Of a stretch of 61,890 nt of DNA, positions 22,230 to 32,457 are shown in pieces. The notes beneath the pieces are model-generated. The model was not told the DNA's origin. It saw only the letters and a program-made list of their open reading frames with translations, and searched no databases. Numbering within the stretch: the stretch's first letter is position 1; every line of letters begins with the position of its first letter. Both the position numbers and the translations under genes were made by a program. Source of the DNA: Bacillota bacterium (GTDB lineage: Bacteria > Bacillota > Dethiobacteria > DTU022); NCBI GenBank assembly GCA_012800855.1, contig JAAZIN010000137.1, positions 1 to 61,890 of the forward strand. Reading direction: 5' to 3'.

Positions 22230-23373
22230 AGAGGACTTCCGGCCGGAGACGGCACAGCGCATCGTGGTCAAAGTGGGCACCAGGCTGCTCACGCACCAGA
22301 CGGGGCAGCTGAACCTGGCTTACATTGAGCGGCTGGTGCGCGAGCTGGCCGACCTGAAAAACCAAGGGCGCCAGGTCATCCTGGTTTCATCGGGCGCCAT
22401 CGGGGCTGGCATGGGGCGGCTGGGTCTGAAGCGCCGCCCGGAGACCATCCCCGAGCTGCAGGCTGCTGCCGCCGTGGGGCAGGGCGTCCTCATCCAGCTA
22501 TATGAGAAATTTTTCCTGGAATACGGCCAGGTGGTGGCGCAGGTCCTGCTCACCAGGGCCGACTTTGCCGCGAGGAGCCGCTACCTCAACGCCAGCAATA
22601 CCATCCTCACCCTGCTGCGCTGGGGCGTGGTGCCCATTATCAACGAGAACGACACCGTTTCGGTGCAGGAGATTAAATTCGGAGACAACGATCGCCTCTC
22701 GGCGCTGGTGGCCGGCCTCTGCGACGCCGACCTGCTGGTGATCCTCACTACCGTGGAGGGGCTATACGAGGCAGACCCGCGCCTTTCTGAAAGGGCCCGC
22801 CTGATCCGCGAGGTAAAGGCCATCACCCCCGAGTTGAAGCGCTGCGCCGGCGGAGCGGGCGACGAGCTTTCCACGGGCGGGATGGTGACTAAGCTGCAGG
22901 CCGCCGAGATAGCAGTAAATTCGGGCGCGGGGATGTTTATCGCCTGCGGCAGGGATCCCGGCGTGCTGAACCGCATCCTGCGCGGCGAGAACCCGGGAAC
23001 CTATTTTTACCCGCGAAATAGATATCTCAACCGGCGCAAGCGCTGGATCGCCTTTGGCCGGAACGTGCAGGGCAGCGTGACCGTGGACGATGGAGCCAAG
23101 GAGGCACTCTGCAAAGGCGGGAAGAGCCTCCTGCCGGTGGGGGTACTCAGCGTGGAGGGCTCCTTCGAACGGGGCGCCCTGGTTTCCGTCCTGGACCGGA
23201 GCGGGAGGGAAATTGGCCGCGGCCTCTGCAACTTTTCTTCGGAAGAGCTTTCCCTGATCAAGAAGCATCCCAGCAGCCACATCACCCGGCTCATCGGCAG
23301 GGAAAGCGGCGACGAGGTGATTCACCGCGACGACCTCGTGATTTGTGATGCGAACGATTTAAACTGGAGTTAA
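22222..23373 (+). CDS. proB: glutamate 5-kinase (with PUA domain)
   Basis: RIVVKVGTRLLTH..VILVSSGAIGAG..FGDNDRLSALVA. Overlaps the proC end by 8 nt. Confidence 0.9.
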   Translation: MIREDFRPETAQRIVVKVGTRLLTHQTGQLNLAYIERLVRELADLKNQGRQVILVSSGAIGAGMGRLGLKRRPETIPELQAAAAVGQGVLIQLYEKFFLEYGQVVAQVLLTRADFAARSRYLNASNTILTLLRWGVVPIINENDTVSVQEIKFGDNDRLSALVAGLCDADLLVILTTVEGLYEADPRLSERARLIREVKAITPELKRCAGGAGDELSTGGMVTKLQAAEIAVNSGAGMFIACGRDPGVLNRILRGENPGTYFYPRNRYLNRRKRWIAFGRNVQGSVTVDDGAKEALCKGGKSLLPVGVLSVEGSFERGALVSVLDRSGREIGRGLCNFSSEELSLIKKHPSSHITRLIGRESGDEVIHRDDLVICDANDLNWS

Positions 23374-23408
23374 AATAATGTAAATTAGAGACGAGAGGAG
23401 GCCCCCAG

Positions 23409-24662
23409 ATGCATCCCGAAGTGGTCGCCAAAGCCGAACGGGCGCGGCAGGCGGCAAAGGTAATGGCGGGAATTCCCACCGGAGCCAAGAACGAGGTGCT
23501 GCAGCGCATCGCGGCGGCTTTGAATGAGAGGAGCGAGGAGATTATTAAGGCGAACGCCGGGGACCTGGAAGCTTACCGCAGCCGCCCCGGATACAGCAAG
23601 GCCCTTTACGATCGCCTCCTGCTGAACAGGGAGCGCATTGCCGCCGCAGCAAAGGGGCTGCTGGAAATTGCCGCCTTGGAGGATCCTGTGGGCGAAGTCG
23701 TGGGGATGCGGCTGCGGCCCAACGGGCTGCAGATTGGGCAGGTGCGTGTGCCCATAGGCGTGGTGGGGATAATCTACGAGGCCCGGCCCAACGTCACCGT
23801 TGACGCCGCCGGCCTGACCCTGAAATCGGGCAACGCCGTGATCCTGCGCGGCGGTTCCGAAGCCATCCGTTCCAACCTCTGCCTGGTGGGGATTATCCAG
23901 GAGCAGCTGCGCGCGGCGGGGCTTCCCGAGGCCGCGGTTCAGCTTATCGAAGATACCGACCGTGAGGCGGCCCGCGCGCTGATGCGCCTCAACGGCCTGG
24001 TGGACCTGCTCATCCCGCGCGGCGGACCCGCGCTGATTAAAACGGTTATTGAAAATGCCACCGTGCCGGTGATCCAAACCGGCGCCGGCAACTGCCATCT
24101 CTATGTTGACGAGGGCGCCGACCTGGAGATGGCTGCGGCCATCACCCTTAACGCCAAGACGCAGCGGCCGGGCGTCTGCAACGCCATCGAGACCCTGCTG
24201 GTTCACGAGGCCGTGGCGGACCAGTTCCTGCCCCCGGTGATGGAGAAGCTCCTCGAGGCCGGGGTGGAGCTGCGCGGCTGTCCCCGCGCCGCCTCCTACA
24301 ACCATGCGGTGAAACCGGCTACCGAAGAGGACTGGTCCACCGAATATCTCGACCTCATCCTGGCGGTAAAGGTGGTCGCCGATATGGACGAGGCCATTGA
24401 TCATATCAACCGTTACGGGACGATGCACTCGGAGGCCATTGTCACCCGCGATTATGACCGCGCCCGCAGCTTTTTAAATCGCGTTGATGCGGCGGCGGTT
24501 TATGTCAATGCCTCCACCCGCTTTACCGACGGCTACGAGTTCGGCCTGGGGGCCGAGATGGGAATCAGCACCCAGAAGCTGCACGTGCGCGGCCCCATGG
24601 GCCTGGAGGCCTTAACCAGCCTGAAATACATCATCTTTGGATCTGGCCAGATCCGCCGTTAA
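23409..24662 (+). CDS. proA: glutamate-5-semialdehyde dehydrogenase
   Basis: ..IYEARPNVTVDAAGLTLKSGNAVILRGGSEA..NASTRFTDGYEFGLGAEMGIST.. Confidence 0.9.
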   Translation: MHPEVVAKAERARQAAKVMAGIPTGAKNEVLQRIAAALNERSEEIIKANAGDLEAYRSRPGYSKALYDRLLLNRERIAAAAKGLLEIAALEDPVGEVVGMRLRPNGLQIGQVRVPIGVVGIIYEARPNVTVDAAGLTLKSGNAVILRGGSEAIRSNLCLVGIIQEQLRAAGLPEAAVQLIEDTDREAARALMRLNGLVDLLIPRGGPALIKTVIENATVPVIQTGAGNCHLYVDEGADLEMAAAITLNAKTQRPGVCNAIETLLVHEAVADQFLPPVMEKLLEAGVELRGCPRAASYNHAVKPATEEDWSTEYLDLILAVKVVADMDEAIDHINRYGTMHSEAIVTRDYDRARSFLNRVDAAAVYVNASTRFTDGYEFGLGAEMGISTQKLHVRGPMGLEALTSLKYIIFGSGQIRR

Positions 24663-24709
24663 GATGCCGCCGCATCCGGCGGCGGATGACGTAAAGGAGA
24701 GTAGAAGAG

Positions 24710-25903
24710 ATGAAACGGTTTTACGACGGTTTAAAAAAAGGTTCAGTAATGCTGGTGGACACGACGCTGCGTGACGGCGAGCAGACCGCCGGCGTGGTTT
24801 TTTCCAACCAGGAGAAGATGCGCATCGCCAAGATGCTCGACCATATCGGGGTGCACCAGATCGAGGCGGGCATCCCGGTCATGGGCGGCGACGAGAAAGA
24901 GGTCATCCGGCAGATTGCCTCCTTCGGACTCCAGGCGAGCATCATGGCCTGGAACCGGGCCAACGTGGATGACGTCAAGCACTCCCTGGAATGCGGCGTG
25001 GACGCCGTGGCCATTTCCATCTCCACCTCGGATATCCATATTGCCCACAAGCTGCGCACGTCGCGGGAATGGGTCCTGGAAAACATGACCAAGGCGGTGG
25101 AGTATGCCAAGAAGGCGGGAGTTTACGTTTCGGTTAACGCCGAGGACGCCTCGCGCAGCGACCTGGACTTCCTGATCAAGTTCACCCGCGAGGCCCAGGC
25201 TGCCGGCGCGGACAGGCTCCGCTTCTGCGATACGGTGGGGGTGCTGGAACCTTTCCGCACCTACGAGGTGATCAGCCGGATCATTGACGCCACGGGCATG
25301 GACGTGGAGATGCACACGCACAATGATTTCGGCATGGCCACGGCCAATGCGCTTGCCGGGATCAAGGCGGGGGCGCGCTTCATCGGGGTAACGGTTAACG
25401 GGCTTGGCGAAAGGGCGGGGAATGCCGCCCTGGAAGAGGTGGCCATGGCATTGAAATATCTCTTTGGGGTTAATCTAGAAGTAAATACGAGGGATTTCTT
25501 GAACCTGTGCGAATACGTGGCCCGGGCTTCCGGTCGGCCGCTGTACCCGGGCAAGCCCATCGTGGGCTCCAATACCTTTGCCCATGAATCGGGGATCCAC
25601 GCCGACGGCGTCCTGAAGGACCCCCAGACTTACGAGGTGTTCAGCCCCGAGGAGGTGGGGCTGCAGCGCCAGATTATCATCGGCAAGCACTCCGGAAGCA
25701 AGGCCATAAAAATGAAATTTGAAGAATACGGCATCGCCCTTTCCGACGAGGAGGCGAGGGACATCCTCAGCATGGTGCGAAGCGCGGCCATCGATCTGAA
25801 GCGCCCGCTCTTCGACAAGGAGCTCATGTATATATACGAGGACTACCTGTACGAGCAGAAGAGGCCTTCCAAGGCCCAGGCGCCTTCCGCCGAGGAGGAT
25901 TGA
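24710..25903 (+). CDS. homocitrate/isopropylmalate/citramalate synthase family enzyme, short NifV-like form (possible Re-citrate synthase)
   Basis: VDTTLRDGEQTAGVVFSN..IEAGIP..HTHNDFGMATANALAG..VNGLGERAGNAALEEV. About 397 aa with no LeuA-type C-terminal regulatory domain. Confidence 0.8.
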   Translation: MKRFYDGLKKGSVMLVDTTLRDGEQTAGVVFSNQEKMRIAKMLDHIGVHQIEAGIPVMGGDEKEVIRQIASFGLQASIMAWNRANVDDVKHSLECGVDAVAISISTSDIHIAHKLRTSREWVLENMTKAVEYAKKAGVYVSVNAEDASRSDLDFLIKFTREAQAAGADRLRFCDTVGVLEPFRTYEVISRIIDATGMDVEMHTHNDFGMATANALAGIKAGARFIGVTVNGLGERAGNAALEEVAMALKYLFGVNLEVNTRDFLNLCEYVARASGRPLYPGKPIVGSNTFAHESGIHADGVLKDPQTYEVFSPEEVGLQRQIIIGKHSGSKAIKMKFEEYGIALSDEEARDILSMVRSAAIDLKRPLFDKELMYIYEDYLYEQKRPSKAQAPSAEED

Positions 25904-25974
25904 GCAGCCTGGGCGGAGGGCCGGAGCCGGGGAAAAGCATAGCTGAACCATGCCACTGAAAGGGAGTGAACGCG

Positions 25975-26277
25975 ATGTGGGAAGACTTTCTCTCCGCCAC
26001 CATTGGGCTGCTCGTCTTCAGCAAGGAGAAGGCCGAAGAATTTATCGACATGCTGGTGGAGAAGGGCGAGATGCAGCGTGACGAGGCCCAGAAGCTGGTC
26101 AACCGGCTCATTGAGAAGGGGAAAGACGAGAAGGACCGCCTGAAGGAGCAGCTTCAGCAGCTGAAGGAGAAGGTAGACAGCTCCTGGAAGGAGAAATTCG
26201 TCAGCCGCGAGGACCTGGAGCGGGTTGAAAGAAAATTGGATGAGCTCATTGCCTTGATTAAAGACAAATTGACATGA
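25975..26277 (+). CDS. phasin-like (COG3937-type) coiled-coil protein
   Basis: MWEDFLSATIGLLVFSKEKAEEFIDMLVEKGEMQRDEAQKLV.. resembles phasin-family proteins commonly found upstream of ABC1 kinases. ATG lies 8 nt after GGGAG. Confidence 0.6.
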   Translation: MWEDFLSATIGLLVFSKEKAEEFIDMLVEKGEMQRDEAQKLVNRLIEKGKDEKDRLKEQLQQLKEKVDSSWKEKFVSREDLERVERKLDELIALIKDKLT

Positions 26278-27950
26278 AATTGGGACTGGGACCGCTGCGG
26301 CAGCTGCGCCACCTGGAGCGCTACCGCGAAATCCTGCGAGTCTTAATCAAGTACGGCTTTGCCCAAGTTCTCGATGAACTTCATCTCTATGGGCTTAGAG
26401 AGAGGATTTTCGCCCGCGGCAGGAAGAAGGCGGATGGGGCGGCGCCCCAGACAATGGAAGCCCGCCTGCGGATGGCCCTCACCGAACTGGGGCCCGCCTT
26501 TGTCAAACTGGGGCAGCTCCTGAGCACCCGGGCGGACCTGCTCCCGCCCTCCTTTATCGAAGAGCTCTCCAGGCTCCAGGACCGGGTCCCCCCTTTCCCC
26601 ACGGACCAGGCGGAGGCCATACTGGCCTCCGAGCTCAATGCCGCGCTGGAAAGCCGCTTTGCCCGCTTTGACCCGGAGCCGCTTGCCGCCGCCTCCATCG
26701 GCCAGGTGCACCGGGCGCTTCTCCACACCGGCGAAGAAGTGGTGGTGAAGATCAAGCGCCCCGGCGTTGATGAAGTGGTTAGGCGGGACCTGGACATTCT
26801 CATCGAGCTGGCCTCCTTTGTGGATCGCAATACGCACCTGGGCCCGCTCTACCAGTTCACCCGCATTGCCGAAGAGATGAAGCAGCTCCTGCTCCGGGAG
26901 TTAGACTATACCATCGAGGCGCGCAATGCGCAGCGCTTTCGCCAGAACTTTGCCGCCGAGGGACGCGTGTACATGCCCCGCGTCTTCTGGGAGAGCAGCA
27001 CCCGCAATGTGCTCACCCTGGAATACCGCGAAGGGATCAGCCTCAATCGCTACCTGGAGCAGCCGCTGCTCCAGCCGCCGCCGCAGAAAGTGGCGGCAAT
27101 TCTGGCCGATGTCTTCTTCAAGCAGATTTTTGTCGACGGTTTCTTTCACGGCGACCCCCACCCGGGCAACATAGCCGTGCTGCCCGACGGGCGCCTCTTC
27201 TTCATGGATTTCGGCTCCGCCGGCCATATTAGCGAGACGGTGCGCGGAAAATTCATAGCCATCGCTCGCGCCCTGCAGGGATACGATTCGGCAGCCGCCG
27301 TGGATGAACTCCTCGGCTTGGCCTTCGTCCCGCCGGTGATAAACCGCCTTGAGCTTATCCGGGACCTGGATGAACTGCTGGAGGATTATTTCGAACTTCC
27401 CCTGCAGAACATCGTCATCAGCGAAGCCATCCGCAGGCTGATGCAGGTAGCGGTTAAGCACCGCCTGCGATTTCCCCACGAGCTAACCCTGCTAGCCAGG
27501 GCCGTGGTGACCCTGGAGGGAACGGTGTCGCGCCTGGATCCGGAATTCAGCCTCGCTGATGCGGCGAGGAAGTATGCCCTGGAGCTGCAGCGGCGGCAGC
27601 TGAAGCTGGAGCTGCGCCGCTTCCGGAGCGCCTGGCGCGGCTACCGGCGCCTCTTCGAGGAGTTCCCGGAGCAGGCGAAGGAGATCCTGCGCGCCTCCGC
27701 CGCCGGTGAATTAAAATTGAAGCTGGAGCTGCCCCAGCTTGAGCCGGTGATGAAGACGGTAAAAAACATGGTCAACCGCCTCAGCTTCAGCATTGTCCTG
27801 GCCAGCCTCATCATCGCGCTCTCGCAGAGCTTGCAGCTGGGCCACAGCGCCTGGCTGGAAAAATTTCCCCTGGCCGAAATTGTGCTCGTTGGGGCTCTCT
27901 GCGCCGGTATCTGGTGGCTTGTGTCCATCTTTCGTTCAGGGAGAATGTGA
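26274..27950 (+). CDS. ABC1/AarF/UbiB-family atypical kinase with C-terminal TM segments
   Basis: ..AAASIGQVHRALLHTGEEVVVKIKRPGV..FHGDPHPGNIAV... ATGA overlap with the upstream gene. Confidence 0.85.
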   Translation: MKLGLGPLRQLRHLERYREILRVLIKYGFAQVLDELHLYGLRERIFARGRKKADGAAPQTMEARLRMALTELGPAFVKLGQLLSTRADLLPPSFIEELSRLQDRVPPFPTDQAEAILASELNAALESRFARFDPEPLAAASIGQVHRALLHTGEEVVVKIKRPGVDEVVRRDLDILIELASFVDRNTHLGPLYQFTRIAEEMKQLLLRELDYTIEARNAQRFRQNFAAEGRVYMPRVFWESSTRNVLTLEYREGISLNRYLEQPLLQPPPQKVAAILADVFFKQIFVDGFFHGDPHPGNIAVLPDGRLFFMDFGSAGHISETVRGKFIAIARALQGYDSAAAVDELLGLAFVPPVINRLELIRDLDELLEDYFELPLQNIVISEAIRRLMQVAVKHRLRFPHELTLLARAVVTLEGTVSRLDPEFSLADAARKYALELQRRQLKLELRRFRSAWRGYRRLFEEFPEQAKEILRASAAGELKLKLELPQLEPVMKTVKNMVNRLSFSIVLASLIIALSQSLQLGHSAWLEKFPLAEIVLVGALCAGIWWLVSIFRSGRM

Positions 27951-27976
27951 CTGAGATAGCAGGAGGAGGGTGAACG

Positions 27977-28924
27977 GTGGAAAGAAAAGTCTATGCCATC
28001 GGCGACGTCGGCGGGACGAAGACGCTGCTGCTGCTGGTAGACGGGGATAGGCAGGTGCTTTGGCGGCAAAGGCTGCGTACCCCTGCGGGGTCTCCTCCCG
28101 AAGTGGTGGTGGAAACAATTGACGAGGCCCTTTCGCAGGGACAGCGAGAGATCGGGCTGGACCGACGGCATCTTGCCGGCGTGGGCATCGGCATAGCCGC
28201 CCTGCTCGATTTCGACGAGGGCGTCATCTACGAGTCGCCCAACCTGCACTGGCATGAACCCATACCCTTTCGCAGGATGATGCAGGAATGCTTTCCCTGC
28301 CCCGTGTACATCGACAATGACGCCAACGCCGCCGTTCTGGGCGAGGCAACTTACGGCGCGGCGCAGGGCCATCGTTATGCCGCTTATATCACCATAAGCA
28401 CAGGGATCGGCGGAGGGCTCTACCTTGACGGAAAGGTTTACCGGGGCAGCAGGGGCTTTGCCGGCGAGATCGGCCACATCAAGCGTTTCGGCAAGGGGCG
28501 GCGCTGCGGCTGCGGCGGCGAAGACTGCCTGGAGGCATGGGCTTCAGGCGAAGCGATGGCGCGCAGCGCCAGGGAATTGTGGGACGAAAGCGATCCCTCC
28601 ATCGGGCCGCTGAACACAGCGGTGGTGTTTGATCTTGCCGCGGCGGGGAATCCCCTGGCCCGCTTCATTATTGAACGGGCCATTGAGGACATCGGCACCA
28701 GCCTGGCCAACCTGGTGACGCTGCTCAATCTTTCCTGCCTGGTCATAGGTGGAGGGGTGGCCCAGAACCGGTCCGATTTTATCGCTCAGCTCCGTGATAT
28801 AATTAACCGGGCGGCCATTGCGCCCTCCGTTAAGGTAACCCGCGTGGAAGTGGTTCCCGCCCGCCTTGGCGCGGAGGCGGGGGCATGGGGCATGTTCGCC
28901 ATGATGCAGGCAAGCGAGTGCTGA
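27977..28924 (+). CDS. ROK-family glucokinase
   Basis: YAIGDVGGTKTLL..GEIGHI...CGCGGEDCLEAWASG is the ROK zinc motif. GTG start follows AGGAGGAGGG. Confidence 0.8.
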   Translation: MERKVYAIGDVGGTKTLLLLVDGDRQVLWRQRLRTPAGSPPEVVVETIDEALSQGQREIGLDRRHLAGVGIGIAALLDFDEGVIYESPNLHWHEPIPFRRMMQECFPCPVYIDNDANAAVLGEATYGAAQGHRYAAYITISTGIGGGLYLDGKVYRGSRGFAGEIGHIKRFGKGRRCGCGGEDCLEAWASGEAMARSARELWDESDPSIGPLNTAVVFDLAAAGNPLARFIIERAIEDIGTSLANLVTLLNLSCLVIGGGVAQNRSDFIAQLRDIINRAAIAPSVKVTRVEVVPARLGAEAGAWGMFAMMQASEC

Positions 28925-28927
28925 AGG

Positions 28928-29581
28928 ATGGAGCTGCCGGAATTTTTTGTGCTCATACAGGATTTTTGCGGCGCCCTGGTGGAGAGATACGGCCCCTGGG
29001 GTGTGGCTGCGGCCATGTTCATTGAGAGCGCCGGGGTGCCCTTTGCCTCCTCGGTGGTCCTGCTGGCCGCGGGGGGGATGTTTTTAACCGGCCGGGCCAA
29101 GTTCTGGACTCTCTTCATCGCCTCCACGGCAGGGATTATCGCGGGAAGCACGCTCAGCTACCTGATTGGCTACCTGGGCGAGAGGCTGGGGCAGGTGGTG
29201 GGGAGCCAGGTCCTGAACCGCCGGAAGGCGGCGCCGCCGCCCCGGCGTCCGCCGCGCCTGGAGAAGATTTACGCTTTCATGGAGAAATACGGCACCTACT
29301 CCATCTTTGCCGGCCAGCTCTGGGGGGTGACGCGCACCTTCATCTCCTTTCCCGCCGGGGCCATGCACATGAACTTCCTTGTTTTTCTCGCCTCCACCGC
29401 CCTGGGGGGCGCCCTCTTCAGCCTCTGGATTATCGGCTGGAGCATCATTTTGACCGGGGCAGCCGGTCTGCTGCTTCTCCTCTTGAGAATTCTCACCTCC
29501 CTCTCCCCCTGGATCTGGCCGCCGCTGCTGCTCTGCGCCGCCGGACTGGCATGCCTCTACCTCAAAAAAAGAAGAAAGTGA
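28928..29581 (+). CDS. DedA/SNARE-associated family membrane protein
   Basis: ..AAMFIESAGVPFASSVVLLAAG.. with 4-5 TM segments. Confidence 0.7.
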   Translation: MELPEFFVLIQDFCGALVERYGPWGVAAAMFIESAGVPFASSVVLLAAGGMFLTGRAKFWTLFIASTAGIIAGSTLSYLIGYLGERLGQVVGSQVLNRRKAAPPPRRPPRLEKIYAFMEKYGTYSIFAGQLWGVTRTFISFPAGAMHMNFLVFLASTALGGALFSLWIIGWSIILTGAAGLLLLLLRILTSLSPWIWPPLLLCAAGLACLYLKKRRK

Positions 29582-29660
29582 AGGCAGGTGCACTTAAACG
29601 GCCGGCAGTCCCGGCGTTCGCCCTCCGCTTTCATACCTATCTCCGGCCTGGGCTGCCGCC

Positions 29661-30986
29661 TTATATCTTATTGACAAAACGGCGGATGAGGAGGCAATCG
29701 AGAAGGGAGACAAAGAGATAGCAGGCGGTGTAGGCGAAGATGACCCCGTTGATGCCCCAGCTGGGGAGGGCGGCAAGGTGATAAATCATGGCCAGGCTGA
29801 TGGCCGTTCCCAGCAGATCGGTGGCCACGGCGACAGCCGGAAGGCCCATGCCGTGCAGGATGGCGGCGGTGGTGAACTGCAGGTAGGCAAAGGGCGCCGC
29901 CGGGGCCAGCCGGGAAACCAGCCCCGCAGAGGCGGTGCTTCCATAGAGGATGGCCGCAAGGGGGGAGGCGGCCAGGTAGAGCAGCGCCGCCGCCAGCGAG
30001 CCCACGGCCAGCGTTCCCCACAGCGACATCTTTACCAGCATTTCCAGGCGGCCGCGCTGCCGCAGGGTAGTTGCGCCGGCCACGGCGGGAACGAGGGTCG
30101 TATTTAAAGGAATTATTAACACGGTGGGCAGGAAGAGCAGGGGCAGCGCCATCCCGGCCAGCTCCCCGAAGAGGCTGGTCGCCCTGGCGGCGCTGAAGCC
30201 GGCTGCCTGGAGCCGCGCCGGGATCATGAGCGACTCCACCGTCTGGGTAACGGAGGTGCCCAGGCGCAGGAGCAGGGTCGGCAGGGCCAAGGAGAAGATC
30301 TCTTTCAGCAGCGAAAACGATGGCGGGCGCCGCGGCGGCGGCGCCTTCACTTCTGCCGGCTGCATAAAGCAGAGCACTCCCAGGCAGGCGATTTCGCCGG
30401 CAATGATTCCACCCACCAGGCCGGCAAGGGCGCTCTCCATGCCGCGGGGAAGCAGAAAATAGGCGGCAGCAAGCCCCACGACGACGCGGGCAAGCTGCTC
30501 GGCCACCTGAGATAGGGCCGTGGGGGCCATGTTTCCCAGGCCCTGGCTGTAGCTGCGCAAAATGGAGGAGACGGCGGCAAAGATGTATGCCACCGGCATG
30601 AGGCGCAACATGCCGATGATACGCCGGTCGGGGATAAAGGTGAGCGGCAAAGAAGTCGCCAGCAGGAGGAGCGCGGTGATGGCGGCGGCGGCGACGAGGA
30701 CAAGGCGCAGGGAGAGCTGGCGAACCCTTCTCCGGCCGGCGATATCGCCGGTGGCGCTGCGGTCGGCGACCATCTTGGTCACGGCCCCGGAAAGGCCGAG
30801 GCCGGCAATCACGGCCAACAGGGCATAAAGGGGCAGGATCATCTGGTAGAGCCCCAGCCCTTCGGCGCCGATGATGCGGGAGAGGGCCATCCGGTTGAGC
30901 AGCCCGATGATGCGCACGAGTATTCCGGCCGCGGCCAGCTGAACCGTTCCCCGGATGAGAGAAGATTTGAGGCTGGCGGAAACCAT
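29661..30986 (-). CDS. MOP-superfamily flippase, SpoVB/MurJ-like
   Basis: 441 aa, polytopic. N-terminus ..LIRGTVQLAAAGILVRIIGLLNRMALSRIIGAEGLGLYQMILPLY.. is typical of SpoVB. Confidence 0.75.
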   Translation of the reverse strand: MVSASLKSSLIRGTVQLAAAGILVRIIGLLNRMALSRIIGAEGLGLYQMILPLYALLAVIAGLGLSGAVTKMVADRSATGDIAGRRRVRQLSLRLVLVAAAAITALLLLATSLPLTFIPDRRIIGMLRLMPVAYIFAAVSSILRSYSQGLGNMAPTALSQVAEQLARVVVGLAAAYFLLPRGMESALAGLVGGIIAGEIACLGVLCFMQPAEVKAPPPRRPPSFSLLKEIFSLALPTLLLRLGTSVTQTVESLMIPARLQAAGFSAARATSLFGELAGMALPLLFLPTVLIIPLNTTLVPAVAGATTLRQRGRLEMLVKMSLWGTLAVGSLAAALLYLAASPLAAILYGSTASAGLVSRLAPAAPFAYLQFTTAAILHGMGLPAVAVATDLLGTAISLAMIYHLAALPSWGINGVIFAYTACYLFVSLLDCLLIRRFVNKI

Positions 30987-31148
30987 GGCAGTATAATTCT
31001 ATGCGCTGCAACACAGTAGCAGAAGAAGACGTTTAAAGATGGGGGAGGAGGAATAAAGAAACCGGGCAGCGATTATTGCCCGGGCGAGCGCAGGATTCGG
31101 CAAAAAGTTCTTTGGGCGGCCAACTTTCGGCAGCCTCCGGCGTTCAAC

Positions 31149-31922
31149 TTACCTGCCGCCGGGGATGGCCGCGCGGGCGATCTTGGACATGGCCCGGCCC
31201 ACCTTCTCCGCCCAGAGAGGGTCCTCGGCATAGCGGGGACCGATGGCCTGGAGATTATTTCCCCCGTAGTTGCGCGAACCACGGATCAGGTAGCTGTTGC
31301 GCAGCAACCTGGCGGCGTAATAGATGCACTCCTCCTTGGAGGAGAAAAGGAGGGCATTCTGGTAGGGGTTGGCGCCTCCGGCACCAAGGCCAAAGAGGTT
31401 GTTCTTCTCGCGCGCCAGCTTGGACATCCCCCCGGCGCTTTCCAGGTAGGCGATGGCTGCGAGAACGAGGCTGTTCACGCCGTAAAGCTCTTCGGCACGC
31501 ACCAGGAATGGCCCCGTGCCCTTCAGTCCATGGGCGCCCAGGCTGTTCCAGGCCCGCTCGTACTGCTTTGCCGTGAAGCTGGACTTGGTGAGCACGGGCA
31601 TGGTGGAACCGCGCATGGAGACGGCATTCTGGTAGGTTTGACGCTGGTTGAAGAGTATGGTTTCCAGCTCGCTGTTTCGCTGTTCCACTGTTTCTATCCT
31701 GGTCAGGGCCTCCTCCAGGTCGCGGAGCAGGGCGCGGTTTTCTTCATGCACTTCGGTCAGTTCCCGGGCGGTGCTCTCGTATATCTCTTTCAGTTCGTTG
31801 ATCTGGCGGGTCAGCTGCTCATACTTTTCCCTCTGCATCTCGGAATAGTACTGCATGTAAAGCAGCCCCAGCATGGTCAGCATGCTCACTGCCAGGAAGG
31901 CTGCCCACCTGTAGCGTTGCAT
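31149..31922 (-). CDS. membrane-anchored N-acetylglucosaminidase-domain peptidoglycan hydrolase
   Basis: N-terminal TM segment and coiled coil. ..YGVNSLVLAAIAYLESAGGMSKLAREKNNLFGLGA.. is the glucosaminidase domain signature. Confidence 0.75.
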   Translation of the reverse strand: MQRYRWAAFLAVSMLTMLGLLYMQYYSEMQREKYEQLTRQINELKEIYESTARELTEVHEENRALLRDLEEALTRIETVEQRNSELETILFNQRQTYQNAVSMRGSTMPVLTKSSFTAKQYERAWNSLGAHGLKGTGPFLVRAEELYGVNSLVLAAIAYLESAGGMSKLAREKNNLFGLGAGGANPYQNALLFSSKEECIYYAARLLRNSYLIRGSRNYGGNNLQAIGPRYAEDPLWAEKVGRAMSKIARAAIPGGR

Positions 31923-32124
31923 CGTCTCGCCCCTTAAAAAAGTTTTCTCCCGGAACTTATTTCCTTCGCCGGATATTTTAATTTTCGGTTAAAATCATAA
32001 AAATCCTTCAACAAAGCTCTCCCGGCATGGAGATGGCGACCTTAAAGTGGCAAATAATGACAGGATATTGCATTCTTCCCCCGGCAATCCTACTAGAAAA
32101 GAGCTGCAGGGGAGGTTTAAAGGA

Positions 32125-32400
32125 ATGACCGAAGTAAGGTGCACGGTAAAGAGCTGCCACTACTGGGATGAAGGCGATTACTGCACGGCCGAGACGATCT
32201 GGGTGAAGAACAACTTCGCCGGCGATGCCGACGACGAACTCTTCCGCGGGACGGCCTACGAATTTGCCAAGGAGCCGGGCACGGAAGGGAAAGAAGGGAG
32301 CCGGGGAGAGAAAAATGCCTCCACCTCGAGCCAGACCTGCTGTGAAACGATGCGGCCGAAAAAAGAAGGCGGCGAGGGCAGGCGGGGGGCATGCCGGTAA
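32125..32400 (+). CDS. DUF1540 domain protein (sporulation-associated family)
   Basis: MTEVRCTVKSCHYWDEGDYCTAETIWV.. ATG 32125 follows GGGAGG. ORF 32047.. is over-extended. Confidence 0.7.
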   Translation: MTEVRCTVKSCHYWDEGDYCTAETIWVKNNFAGDADDELFRGTAYEFAKEPGTEGKEGSRGEKNASTSSQTCCETMRPKKEGGEGRRGACR

Positions 32401-32423
32401 AATAAGGACAAAAGACCGCCAGG

Positions 32424-32457
32424 GAAGAAGCAGAAGCCATTCTGCTTCTTTTATTTT
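32424..32457 (+). terminator. intrinsic terminator after the DUF1540 gene
   Basis: Stem AAGAAGCAGA/TCTGCTTCTT (32425-32434 / 32441-32450), loop AGCCAT, followed by TTTTATTTT. Confidence 0.8.

Noticed and set aside
31923-32124. Sporulation sigma-factor (sigmaF/G/K) promoter upstream of the DUF1540 gene.
   Set aside because: GCATG and CAAATAA-like elements are present, but their spacing (19-21 nt) does not fit the sigmaF or sigmaG consensus as I recall it. I cannot support this by eye.
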